From an uncultured Clostridia bacterium (lineage in GTDB: Bacteria; Bacillota; Clostridia; TANB77; CAG-508), in contig CAJFLB010000005.1 of assembly GCA_904387305.1 (NCBI GenBank), positions 6,704 to 70,703 of the forward strand: 64,000 nt of DNA, in the 5' to 3' direction. Under the pieces are notes generated by a model. It was not told the origin of the DNA and ran no database searches. It was given only the letters and a program-made list of their open reading frames with translations. The position numbers and the translations under genes are program-made. How positions within the stretch are numbered: position 1 is the stretch's first letter; every line of letters begins with the position of its first letter. Positions 18,064 through 27,182 of this stretch are shown one piece after another.

Positions 18064-19167
18064 TTATATATCATTGTTTTCTGTTTCAGAAGATTTATTT
18101 AAAAGAATTCGTTTAATTATTTCAAATAAAGTCATAATCTTATTTTTATGTTTTGGTTTTATATTCATGGCTGTTTCAATACCACCATTTTCTAAAACAT
18201 TATATTTATGTTCTAACTGAGACATCTTTTCAACATAATAATCATTAAAAAAGGTGTATCCTTCTGCAAAGCCTAAATAAGCCTTTATATCATATAATTT
18301 TTTTCTATAATTTTCTAATTCTTCTAAATTTGTTATATTTAAGAAAGCCTTATCAAAATAACTAGAAATGATTAAATTTTGTGTTCTTAAAAAAGTTAAT
18401 TTAATTTTTTGTTTTAAATCATCAATTTTTTTAACCATATCATCAACTTTTTTGTTTCTGTCATCAATTAAAGCAATTTTGTTATTTAGTTTGATAATAT
18501 CTTCTTCTGCAAATAAAATATCATCAAGAGCATTCTGAATGGCCATAAAAACTTTTTGGGATGTCAATTTAGAAAATTTTATTTTGAAATTATCATCACT
18601 GTTTAATGTACTTCTAAATAAAGTATCTTCTCCAGTAATAAATGCTAATTGATTTACGAGGCAACATTCTAATGGATAATAAGAAGGACTAATTGTTTCA
18701 AAACTGATATCAAAGTATTTAACATAATCTTTTGGAATACCAATGATTTTTGAAGACATTAATTGAACAGCAGCCTCGTTCAATCCTAATCCATAAATTT
18801 TAAATTCAGTATAATCACATAATCCCATTTTTAATAGATAATTTCTTTTATCTTTAACTTCTTGAAGATAGTGAATACATTCGTGGATAGCAAATTCTTC
18901 CATATCTTCTTCTGGAATATGTTCATTAAAATAAATTGATGTATTTTTATAGTAATAATTTGCTTCTGCCATTCCTTCAGGCATTTTTGCTTTGTACATA
19001 TCTAGTCTAGATAATTTTATAAATAGTTCATTTTCATTTAATCCATAAGAAGGAAAAGTTTGACATAATTTAGATGCAATATTTTTAGCAATAGAATTAA
19101 TTTTTAGAGTATCTAATTTTTGAGTTACTTCAATTCCATCTTTTTTTAAATCAGATTTTATACTCAT
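18064..19167 (-). CDS. Hypothetical protein with zincin-like HExxH motif and C-terminal coiled coil
   Basis: EEFAIHECIHYLQ (HExxH), then GLNEAAVQ about 35 residues later (possible third-ligand Glu). The C-terminal half is K/D/L-rich heptad-like sequence. Confidence 0.55.
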   Translation of the reverse strand: MSIKSDLKKDGIEVTQKLDTLKINSIAKNIASKLCQTFPSYGLNENELFIKLSRLDMYKAKMPEGMAEANYYYKNTSIYFNEHIPEEDMEEFAIHECIHYLQEVKDKRNYLLKMGLCDYTEFKIYGLGLNEAAVQLMSSKIIGIPKDYVKYFDISFETISPSYYPLECCLVNQLAFITGEDTLFRSTLNSDDNFKIKFSKLTSQKVFMAIQNALDDILFAEEDIIKLNNKIALIDDRNKKVDDMVKKIDDLKQKIKLTFLRTQNLIISSYFDKAFLNITNLEELENYRKKLYDIKAYLGFAEGYTFFNDYYVEKMSQLEHKYNVLENGGIETAMNIKPKHKNKIMTLFEIIKRILLNKSSETENNDI

Positions 19168-19416
19168 TTTGTTCTCCTTAGTTTATAATTATCTAACTAT
19201 ATTATACTATAAGAAAAGATGGAGAATATTTCAGTATGATTAAATATTCTTTACAATTTAATGACAAAAAGAAAAATGCTAAATAAGGAATAGATAAGGA
19301 TAGAGATGGGAAATCATCAAAGGATGAAACGTTAAATGTAGAATTTTGTCGAAATGTTTTTGTTGACATTAAAACATTTAGAATATATAATAGCAAAAAA
19401 AGAAAGGAGGGAAAGA

Positions 19417-19974
19417 ATGAGTGACACAAATCAAGATTTACTGTTAAAAATATATGAAGAATTGAAGGAAACAAAAGAAAAAGTACAAGATATACCGGAA
19501 ATGAAAAAGCAGTTAGAAGAAATACCAAAAATTAAAAATGATATAGCAGAAATGAAAAAGCAATTAGAAGAAATACCGAAAATGAAGAAACAATTAGAAG
19601 AGATACCAAAAATAAAAGAACAGCTAGAAGAAATACCAAAAATGAAGAAACAGTTAGAAGAAATACCTAAAATGCAAGATGATATATTACAAATTAAGAA
19701 GATATTAGAAGAGATACCAAAAATGAAGAAGCAATTAGAAGAGATACCAGAAATAAAACAAGAGTTACGTAGTATTAGTGGTTCTGTGGCTAGAATAGAA
19801 GTAGAACATGGAGAAAAATTAGCAGTTCTGTTTGATGCATTTAAAGTAAATACAGAAAAAATCGAAGAACAAAATAAGAGAATTACGAAATGTGAAAACA
19901 TGTTAGAGCAACATGATCATCAAATTTATATTTTAAATTCAAAAATTCAAAATAAAGAAATTCAAAATGCATAA
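19417..19974 (+). CDS. Coiled-coil protein with tandem decapeptide repeats (EIPKMKKQLE)
   Basis: AGGAGGG RBS 6 nt before ATG 19417 (track start 19354 is upstream). About nine EIPKMKKQLE-like units, then a unique C-terminal domain SVARIEVEHGEKLAVLFDAF... Confidence 0.65.
   Translation: MSDTNQDLLLKIYEELKETKEKVQDIPEMKKQLEEIPKIKNDIAEMKKQLEEIPKMKKQLEEIPKIKEQLEEIPKMKKQLEEIPKMQDDILQIKKILEEIPKMKKQLEEIPEIKQELRSISGSVARIEVEHGEKLAVLFDAFKVNTEKIEEQNKRITKCENMLEQHDHQIYILNSKIQNKEIQNA
19489..19767 (+). repeat. Tandem 30-nt coding repeats
   Basis: GAAATACCAAAAATGAAGAAACAGTTAGAA-type units repeated head to tail, with two interrupted units. Confidence 0.8.
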
Positions 19975-20011
19975 AAGCCTATTAGTGTGCTTTTATAACT
20001 AACAGGCTTTT
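19973..20011. terminator. Bidirectional terminator between 19417..19974 and leuS
   Basis: AAAAGCCTATTAG ... CTAACAGGCTTTT stem flanked by A-run and T-run. Confidence 0.7.
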
Positions 20012-20021
20012 ATGAAATCAA

Positions 20022-22445
20022 TTATTTCACAACAATATTATAAATTTTATTTTTTACATAAATTTCTTTTATAATCGTTTTATTTTCCAATTTATCTTGA
20101 ACAGCTTTATGTACTTTTTCTTTAACACTTTCTTCAGCTTCATCTAAAGAAATGGTAATGGTTGCTTTTAATTTACCATTAAATTGTATAGGTAAAGTAA
20201 TTTCATCAGCAATTGTTTTTTCTTCATCATATGTAGGCCATTCCATATATGCTAGCATTTCCGTGCTACCTAATACAGTTTGCCAAAGTTCTTCTGTCAT
20301 ATGTGGTGCAAAAGGATTTAACAATTGTAAAAAGGTTTTAAACTCTGCTTTGTTAATTGATTTTTCTTTATAAAAATCATTTACTAAAGTCATAAAAGTT
20401 GAAATAGCTGTATTAAATTTCATTTCTTCAATATCGGTAGATACTTTTTTAATAGCTCTATGCATTGCTTTTTCAAATTTTGAAGAATATTCTTCACCAT
20501 CTACCAATAGATTTTGAAGATTCCAAACTCTATCTAAGAATTTTGCACAACCTCTAATACTTTCCATAGACCATGGTGCTGTTTGGTCAAAAGGTCCCAT
20601 AAACATTTCATAAACTCTAAAAGCATCTGCACCAAATTCATTAACAATATCATCTGGATTAACAACATTTCCTTTAGATTTAGACATTTTTTCTCCATTA
20701 CTTCCAAGAATCATTCCATGAGAAGTACGTTTTTGATATGGCTCTTTTGTTGGAACCACACCAATATCATATAAGAATTTATGCCAAAATCTTGAATATA
20801 GTAAGTGAAGTGTTGTATGCTCCATACCACCATTATACCAATCAACAGGTGACCAGTATTCTAATGCTTCTTTTGAAGCCAAGGCTTTATCATTGTGAGC
20901 ATCCATATATCTTAGATAATACCAAGAAGAACCAGCCCATTGAGGCATTGTATCTGTTTCTCTTTTGGCTTTTCCACCACAATGAGGACAAGTGGTATTT
21001 ACCCATTCTGTATGTCTTGCAAGAGGTGATTCACCATTTTCACTTGGTTCATAGTCTTCAACTTCAGGTAGTTTTAAAGGTAATTCTTCTTCTGGGATAG
21101 GAACCCAACCACATTTTTCGCAATAAACCATAGGGATTGGTTCACCCCAATAACGTTGTCTAGAAAATACCCAATCACGTAATTTATAATTTACTTGTTT
21201 TTTACCAATGTGATTATCTTCTAAGAAATCAGTAACTTTTTTCTTAGCTTCTACAACTGGTAAATCATTTAAAAATCCTGAATTCATTAATATACCAGTT
21301 TCAACATCTGTAAAAGCCTCTTTATCAATATCACATTCAATTGTTTCATCAACAGGTTTAATAACTTGAACAATTGGTAAATGGAATTTTTTTGCAAATT
21401 CATGGTCACGTGTATCATGTCCAGGTACAGCCATAATAGCACCTGTTCCATAAGTGATTAAAACATAATCAGAAATCCAGATAGGAATTTCTTCATTGGT
21501 TAATGGATTAATGGCTTTAATTCCTTTTATCTCACAACCAGTTTTCTCTTTATTTAATTCTGACCTTTCAAAATCAGATTTTAAAGAAGCTTGATGTTTA
21601 TATTCTTTAATTTCATCCATATTGGTAATTTTATCAGCAAGTTTATCAATCATATGATGTTCTGGAGCAACAACCATGTAAGTAGCTCCAAATAAGGTAT
21701 CTGGTCTTGTTGTATAAACTGTTAAAGTTTCGTCAGAACCAGCAATTTTAAAAGTAACTTCTGCACCTTCAGAACGACCAATCCAATTTTTTTGTTGTGC
21801 TTTAATCTTATCCAAAAAATCCACATCATCTAAATCATCAATTAACCTTTGTGCATATTTTGTAATTCTTAACATCCATTGACTTTTTTCTTTTTGAACA
21901 ACTGGACTTCCACATCTTTCACAAACACCATTGACAACTTCTTCATTAGCAAGTCCTACTTTACAGCCTGTACAGAAGTTAATAGGCATTGTTGCTTTAT
22001 ATGCCAATCCATGTTTGTATAATTGAATAAAAATCCATTGTGTCCATTTATAATATTCTGGGTCAGTTGTATTAATTTCTCTTGACCAATCAAAAGAGAA
22101 ACCAATTGATTTTAATTGTTCTCTAAAATGGTTAACATTTTTTTCAGTTGTTATTTTTGGATGAATATGATTTTTAATAGCATAATTTTCAGCAGGTAGC
22201 CCGAAAGCATCAAATCCAATTGGGAATAATACATTATATCCTTGCATTCTTCTTTTTCTTGCAATGATATCTAATGCAGTATAACTTCTAGGGTGTCCTA
22301 CATGAAGACCTTGACCTGATGGATATGGGAATTCAATTAATCCAAACCATTTTTTCATAGTGAAGTCATCTTTTGCATTAAATGTTCCTTCAGCATACCA
22401 TTTATCTTGCCATTTTTTTTCAATTTCTTTAAAGTTATAACTCAT
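20022..22445 (-). CDS. leuS: Leucine--tRNA ligase
   Basis: HVGHPRSY (HIGH-type) and KMSKSKGN (KMSKS) motifs. Start moved to [12 protein letters not shown], 9 nt after AAAGGACGG. Confidence 0.95.
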   Translation of the reverse strand: MSYNFKEIEKKWQDKWYAEGTFNAKDDFTMKKWFGLIEFPYPSGQGLHVGHPRSYTALDIIARKRRMQGYNVLFPIGFDAFGLPAENYAIKNHIHPKITTEKNVNHFREQLKSIGFSFDWSREINTTDPEYYKWTQWIFIQLYKHGLAYKATMPINFCTGCKVGLANEEVVNGVCERCGSPVVQKEKSQWMLRITKYAQRLIDDLDDVDFLDKIKAQQKNWIGRSEGAEVTFKIAGSDETLTVYTTRPDTLFGATYMVVAPEHHMIDKLADKITNMDEIKEYKHQASLKSDFERSELNKEKTGCEIKGIKAINPLTNEEIPIWISDYVLITYGTGAIMAVPGHDTRDHEFAKKFHLPIVQVIKPVDETIECDIDKEAFTDVETGILMNSGFLNDLPVVEAKKKVTDFLEDNHIGKKQVNYKLRDWVFSRQRYWGEPIPMVYCEKCGWVPIPEEELPLKLPEVEDYEPSENGESPLARHTEWVNTTCPHCGGKAKRETDTMPQWAGSSWYYLRYMDAHNDKALASKEALEYWSPVDWYNGGMEHTTLHLLYSRFWHKFLYDIGVVPTKEPYQKRTSHGMILGSNGEKMSKSKGNVVNPDDIVNEFGADAFRVYEMFMGPFDQTAPWSMESIRGCAKFLDRVWNLQNLLVDGEEYSSKFEKAMHRAIKKVSTDIEEMKFNTAISTFMTLVNDFYKEKSINKAEFKTFLQLLNPFAPHMTEELWQTVLGSTEMLAYMEWPTYDEEKTIADEITLPIQFNGKLKATITISLDEAEESVKEKVHKAVQDKLENKTIIKEIYVKNKIYNIVVK

Positions 22446-22482
22446 GCTTCTAATCCGTCCTTTCAAATGTTATATAAGCCGT

Positions 22483-22511
22483 ATTATATAACAAAAAGGT
22501 AGGATATTCAA
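22483..22511 (-). promoter_or_regulatory. Sigma-A promoter for leuS
   Basis: On the minus strand: TTGAAT, 17-nt spacer, TATAAT, about 40 nt upstream of the start codon. Confidence 0.55.
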
Positions 22512-22625
22512 GAGAAAATTACGAATTCTTAAAGATTTACTTAGATATTTAACCCATTTATAACAAGGGATTTTCACTTGAAATAAAAAATAAAAAATGA
22601 TAGAATGCAAAGCGAGGTGAAAAAC

Positions 22626-23405
22626 ATGATTGATATGCTAATGGCTAAAAAAGCATTTGCAGACTATGTAAAAAGTTATGATATACAAAATGATAAAATA
22701 AAAATGAAAATAGAACATATAGAAAGAGTTTCACAAGTCGCAAAAAAATTAGCAACAAGACTAGAACTTGAGGAAGAGGATGTAAAGTTAGCAGAATTAA
22801 TAGGATTGCTTCATGATATAGGAAGATTTGAACAAATTAAAAGATATAACACATTTAACGATAGGAAAAGTGTTAATCATGGAGAATATGGTGTGCATGT
22901 GTTATTTAATAAACAGGATGGAATTATTCGAAAATTTATAGAGGATAATCAATATGATAATATTATTAAAAATGCCATTTACTATCATAATAAAGATAAA
23001 TTAGATATACCAGATAATCTAACAACCAGAGAGTTATTACATATTAAGATTGTAAGAGATAGTGATAAGATTGACATTTTAAATATACTAACATATGAAA
23101 AGAAAGAAACTGCATGGGAAAAAGCGGACTTATCAGATGATGTGATTACTAAAGAGATTTATAATGAATTTATGGAAAATGGAAGAATTGATTATCATAA
23201 GAAAAAAACAAGTGTAGATAGTTTAGTAGGACATTTTGCATATATTTTTGATTTCAATTTCCCAGATAGTATTCAATACATAAAAGAACAAAATTATGTG
23301 GAAAAAATATATAATCGATTTGAATTTCATAATCAAAAAACTATGGAGCAATATAAAAAAATATATGATAAAGTGGTAAAATATATAAAAACACTAACTG
23401 ATTAA
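22626..23405 (+). CDS. HD/HDIG-domain metal-dependent phosphohydrolase, paralogue 1
   Basis: GAGGTGA RBS before ATG 22626; H...LLHDIGRFEQ...HGEYG...RDSDKIDIL motif series. Confidence 0.75.
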   Translation: MIDMLMAKKAFADYVKSYDIQNDKIKMKIEHIERVSQVAKKLATRLELEEEDVKLAELIGLLHDIGRFEQIKRYNTFNDRKSVNHGEYGVHVLFNKQDGIIRKFIEDNQYDNIIKNAIYYHNKDKLDIPDNLTTRELLHIKIVRDSDKIDILNILTYEKKETAWEKADLSDDVITKEIYNEFMENGRIDYHKKKTSVDSLVGHFAYIFDFNFPDSIQYIKEQNYVEKIYNRFEFHNQKTMEQYKKIYDKVVKYIKTLTD

Positions 23406-23437
23406 GGAAATATATAAGAGAGGATGAATTAATCAAC

Positions 23438-24211
23438 ATGATAGATTTAGATAAAGCAGAAAAGGAATTTATAAAATATTCTGAAAAATTTAACTTGGAA
23501 GAGAGTCATTTAAAAAGAAAACAATTACATTCTTTAAGAGTTAGAGATTTATCTAGAGAAATAGCTCAGAAAATGAACTTGAACAATGAAGAAATTCAAA
23601 TAGCAACTTTAATAGGCTTATTGCATGATATATCCAGATTTGAACAATTTACGCAATATGGTACATTTAGAGATAGTCAAAGTATTGACCATGGAGATTT
23701 CGGAGTAAAAATCTTAAAAAAAGATGATTATATAAAAACATATATAGATAATGAAAAATACACAGATGCTATTTACTTAGCAATAAAAAATCATAATAAA
23801 TATAAAATAGAAGATGGATTAAATCCAAAACAAGAAATGTTTTGTAAAATCATAAGAGATGCAGATAAATTAGATATTTTATATGAAGCAATAGACATTT
23901 TTTATAAAGAAAAAGACATAGAAGAAATTAACCAGTCAAAAGTTAATAACAAAATTTTATCTAGAATTTATGAAAAGAAGACAATTAATAGAAATGAATT
24001 TACAGAAAGAGGAAAATTAATAGAAGTATTAGTTATGTTAGCATTCCTATTTGATTTGAATTATTTAGCCTCTTTTGAGATTGTATATAAACAAAAATAT
24101 ATCAATAGGATATTTCAAAGATTTCATTTTGAAAATGAAGAAACCAAACATAAAATGCAACAAATACAAGAATTTTTAAATCAATATGTAGAAGAAAAAA
24201 TAAAAGGATGA
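23438..24211 (+). CDS. HD/HDIG-domain metal-dependent phosphohydrolase, paralogue 2
   Basis: Same motif series (LLHDISRFEQ, HGDFG, RDADKLDIL). The stop overlaps the topB start (ATGA). Confidence 0.75.
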   Translation: MIDLDKAEKEFIKYSEKFNLEESHLKRKQLHSLRVRDLSREIAQKMNLNNEEIQIATLIGLLHDISRFEQFTQYGTFRDSQSIDHGDFGVKILKKDDYIKTYIDNEKYTDAIYLAIKNHNKYKIEDGLNPKQEMFCKIIRDADKLDILYEAIDIFYKEKDIEEINQSKVNNKILSRIYEKKTINRNEFTERGKLIEVLVMLAFLFDLNYLASFEIVYKQKYINRIFQRFHFENEETKHKMQQIQEFLNQYVEEKIKG

Positions 24212-26214
24212 TAACATTGAGCAAAAAATTAATCATAACAGAGAAACCATCTGTGGCAATGGAATTTGCAAAAGCATTAAAAATAACGACGAGTAGAAAA
24301 AATGGGTATTTAGAATCTAATGATTGGATTATCACCTGGTGTGTAGGTCATTTAGTAACCATGAGTTATCCAGAAAAATATGATGAAAAATTAAAATTTT
24401 GGAGACTAGATACTTTACCATTTATTCCAGAAGAGTGGAAATATGAAATTATACCACAGGTGCAAAATCAATTTAATATTGTGCAACAATTATTGCAAAG
24501 AGAAGATATAGATGAAATATATAATGCCGGAGACTCTGGAAGAGAAGGAGAATATATACAAAGACTTGTGTTTATGATGGCAAAACCAAATCCGAAAGCA
24601 AAAATGAAAAGAGTATGGATAGACTCACAAACAGAAGAAGAAATCTTAAGAGGAATTCGAGAAGCAAAAGACATGTCAGAATATGATAGTTTATCAGATA
24701 GTGCATATTTAAGAGCAAAAGAGGATTACTTAATTGGAATTAATTTTTCCAGATTATTATCTATTATATTTGGAAGAAGATTGGCACAAAATATTCATGA
24801 AGACAGAGCCTCTATTTCTGTTGGAAGAGTCATGACTTGTGTGTTAGGAATGGTGGTATCTCGTGAAAGAGAAATCCAAAATTTTGTCAAAACAAAGTAT
24901 TATAAGATTATTGGAGAATTTGGAGAAGAACAAGCTTCTTTTAAAGCAGATTGGAAGGCAACAGAAAAATCTACCGTATGGGAATCTCCGAGATTGTATA
25001 ATGAAACAGGATTCAAAAAAGAAAACGATGCGAAAGAATTTATTGCAAATTTAAGTAATAAAAAAGCAGTTATTACAGAATTAAAAAAATCAAAACAAAA
25101 AGAAAATGCACCATTGTTATTTAATTTAGCAGAAATTCAAAATGAATGTACCAAACGATTTAAAATCAAACCTGATGAAACATTAGAGATTATCCAAAAT
25201 CTATATGAGAAAAAATTAGTTACATATCCTAGAACAGATGCGAGAGTATTGTCAACAGCAGTTAGTAAAGAAATTAATAAAAACTTAAATGGAATAGCAA
25301 AAGGTTGTAAAGATGAAGAAATACAAGGATATATTAAGAAAATGGTAGAAAAAAAATATTCTACGAATTTAGCAAAAACAAAATATGTGAATGATAGTAA
25401 AATCACAGATCACTATGCGATTATTCCAACAGGACAAGGGTATGAAAACTTTAATAGTTTGCCACAATTGCAAAAAAATATTTATCTTGTCATTGTAAAA
25501 CGTTTTTTAGCTATTTTTTATCCACCAGCAGAATATAATAAGATTCAATTAACCATTGAAGTGGAGATGGATAATGAGAAAAAAGAAACTTTTACAACAA
25601 GTGGAAGAGTTTGTATTAATCAAGGATTTTTAGAGATTTTAAAACCAGTAGATAAAAATGAAAATAAAAAGAAAAAATCCACAAATGGTGAGCAAGATGT
25701 GGAAAATAAAGAGGAAGAAAATAAGAATGGTGAAAATAAAGCAACTGATTTAGAAATCTTAAAGAAATTGAAAAAAGGACAAGAGGTATTGATTAAGAAT
25801 TTTGAAATCAAAGAAGCAGAAACTTCTCCACCAAACAGATACAACTCAGGTTCTATTATTTTAGCTATGGAAAATGCAGGAAAATTAATAGAAGAAGAGG
25901 AATTAAGAGAACAAATAAAAGGTGCAGGAATTGGAACAAGTGCCACAAGAGGAGAAATTATTAAAAAACTAGAAAAAATAAATTACATAGAAATTAATAA
26001 TAAAACACAAATCATTACACCAAGTCAAAAAGGGGAATATATCTATGACATTGTACTCCAATCTATGCCAGATATGTTAAATCCAAAGTTGACAGCTAGT
26101 TGGGAAAAGGGCTTAGATATGGTGGCAAAAAAAGAAATTAAGCCAGAAGAATTTATGACAAAATTAGAAAACTATATCAATAGTAAATTTAATAAATTAG
26201 TGGTGAAGATGTAA
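24208..26214 (+). CDS. topB: DNA topoisomerase III
   Basis: TOPRIM N-terminus LIITEKPS, GDSGREGEYI, active-site region TYPRTDARVLS. Confidence 0.9.
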   Translation: MITLSKKLIITEKPSVAMEFAKALKITTSRKNGYLESNDWIITWCVGHLVTMSYPEKYDEKLKFWRLDTLPFIPEEWKYEIIPQVQNQFNIVQQLLQREDIDEIYNAGDSGREGEYIQRLVFMMAKPNPKAKMKRVWIDSQTEEEILRGIREAKDMSEYDSLSDSAYLRAKEDYLIGINFSRLLSIIFGRRLAQNIHEDRASISVGRVMTCVLGMVVSREREIQNFVKTKYYKIIGEFGEEQASFKADWKATEKSTVWESPRLYNETGFKKENDAKEFIANLSNKKAVITELKKSKQKENAPLLFNLAEIQNECTKRFKIKPDETLEIIQNLYEKKLVTYPRTDARVLSTAVSKEINKNLNGIAKGCKDEEIQGYIKKMVEKKYSTNLAKTKYVNDSKITDHYAIIPTGQGYENFNSLPQLQKNIYLVIVKRFLAIFYPPAEYNKIQLTIEVEMDNEKKETFTTSGRVCINQGFLEILKPVDKNENKKKKSTNGEQDVENKEEENKNGENKATDLEILKKLKKGQEVLIKNFEIKEAETSPPNRYNSGSIILAMENAGKLIEEEELREQIKGAGIGTSATRGEIIKKLEKINYIEINNKTQIITPSQKGEYIYDIVLQSMPDMLNPKLTASWEKGLDMVAKKEIKPEEFMTKLENYINSKFNKLVVKM

Positions 26215-26220
26215 GAAAAG

Positions 26221-26250
26221 AATCCCCCTGCTCTTACGAATAGGGGGATT
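26221..26250 (-). terminator. G+C-rich hairpin, oriented as terminator of 26262..26894
   Basis: AATCCCCCT / AGGGGGATT stem. A T-rich tail (CTTTTCTT) follows only on the minus strand. Confidence 0.55.
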
Positions 26251-26261
26251 ACTGTTAGAGG

Positions 26262-26894
26262 TTATTTTATTTTCCTGCAAGACCATGCCCTAAGAATATG
26301 TCTAAGCAAATCTTGCAAATCTACTTTGATCAGCTGTTTCTCGAGAGAGGTTGTTGTTGTAATAATTGCTTTACTGCCCTGTAATTTCCATATTATAATA
26401 CACTCATTACCATTTTTGTTTGGTGGATTATGCATGAGTGAATTATGCAACCATGTGGAATTTACCATTGAAAGTACAGGTTGACCAAGGGATAGCGAAC
26501 GGGCAAGTTCAAGCACTGAGGTTATAATGGTAGTTTCAATACCATAATTAATCTCTAGAATCTTGTCAATAGCAATCCACCGTGTACCATGCCTTTTGGA
26601 ACGATAGCCGTGTTTAACAAGAAAATTTCCCACTTCTAATAAAGAAGCATCCACTTGAAAATATTTCAAGATAGATAACATAGCACACGGGACAGTACCG
26701 CCATCAGCTATAGATTTTAATCCAATAGGATACGGTTCTCCCGTACTTAAACGCCGGCACTCACCAATTCCTAATTTGGGGTCTGAAGAATGATAGATAA
26801 CTTGACCATAATCATATTGACAGATTGGTTTAGGAATAAACCTTGTGTCAATTCCATTTGTTAAAAGTAACAAAGTAAAGTTGGCATCTGACAA
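26262..26894 (-). CDS. Hypothetical protein, compositionally foreign; possibly a 5'-truncated remnant
   Basis: Visibly higher G+C than neighbours. The only in-frame start is TTG with no Shine-Dalgarno. Weak resemblance of GGTVPCAMLSILKYF to the nucleophile region of C39-like papain-fold peptidases. Confidence 0.4.
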   Translation of the reverse strand: MSDANFTLLLLTNGIDTRFIPKPICQYDYGQVIYHSSDPKLGIGECRRLSTGEPYPIGLKSIADGGTVPCAMLSILKYFQVDASLLEVGNFLVKHGYRSKRHGTRWIAIDKILEINYGIETTIITSVLELARSLSLGQPVLSMVNSTWLHNSLMHNPPNKNGNECIIIWKLQGSKAIITTTTSLEKQLIKVDLQDLLRHILRAWSCRKIK

Positions 26895-27084
26895 AATGCT
26901 TAGAAATTCAATGAATATGGCTTTTAACTAGGCTAAAAGAAATATAACCAAGTTTTAAGCATATTTATATAATTTTAATAATTTAATCAAATATTGCAAA
27001 AATTAAAGAATCAAAATTTTTATATAACTATTTCTATTTATTAAAAAATGTAGTATAATATAGCAATCAAACAAAGAGAAACGC

Positions 27085-27159
27085 TTGAAAAATAATTACA
27101 ATTTTGGCGTCGGTAAAATTCAAAATTGTTTATTTGGCCAAAATTTAATTCTTTTCCAA
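27085..27159 (+). mobile_element. F2 element, minimal copy (a)
   Basis: TTGAAAAATAATTACAATTTTGGC ... GCCAAAATTTAATTCTTTTCCAA imperfect terminal inverted repeats with a 28-nt centre; ends about 15 nt before the mfd RBS. Confidence 0.65.
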
Positions 27160-27182
27160 CCGGATTTATGCATTAGGAGGGA

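Noticed and set aside
19202-19901. Minus-strand ORFs 19202-19528 and 19431-19901
   Set aside because: They are antisense to the decapeptide-repeat gene and its leader. The periodic repeats keep the antisense frame open, and there is no RBS.
22446-22604. Possible T-box leader upstream of leuS
   Set aside because: The leader is only about 40 nt from the predicted promoter. I found no specifier-loop, AGAGA or T-box (TGGTACCGCG-like) sequence on the minus strand.
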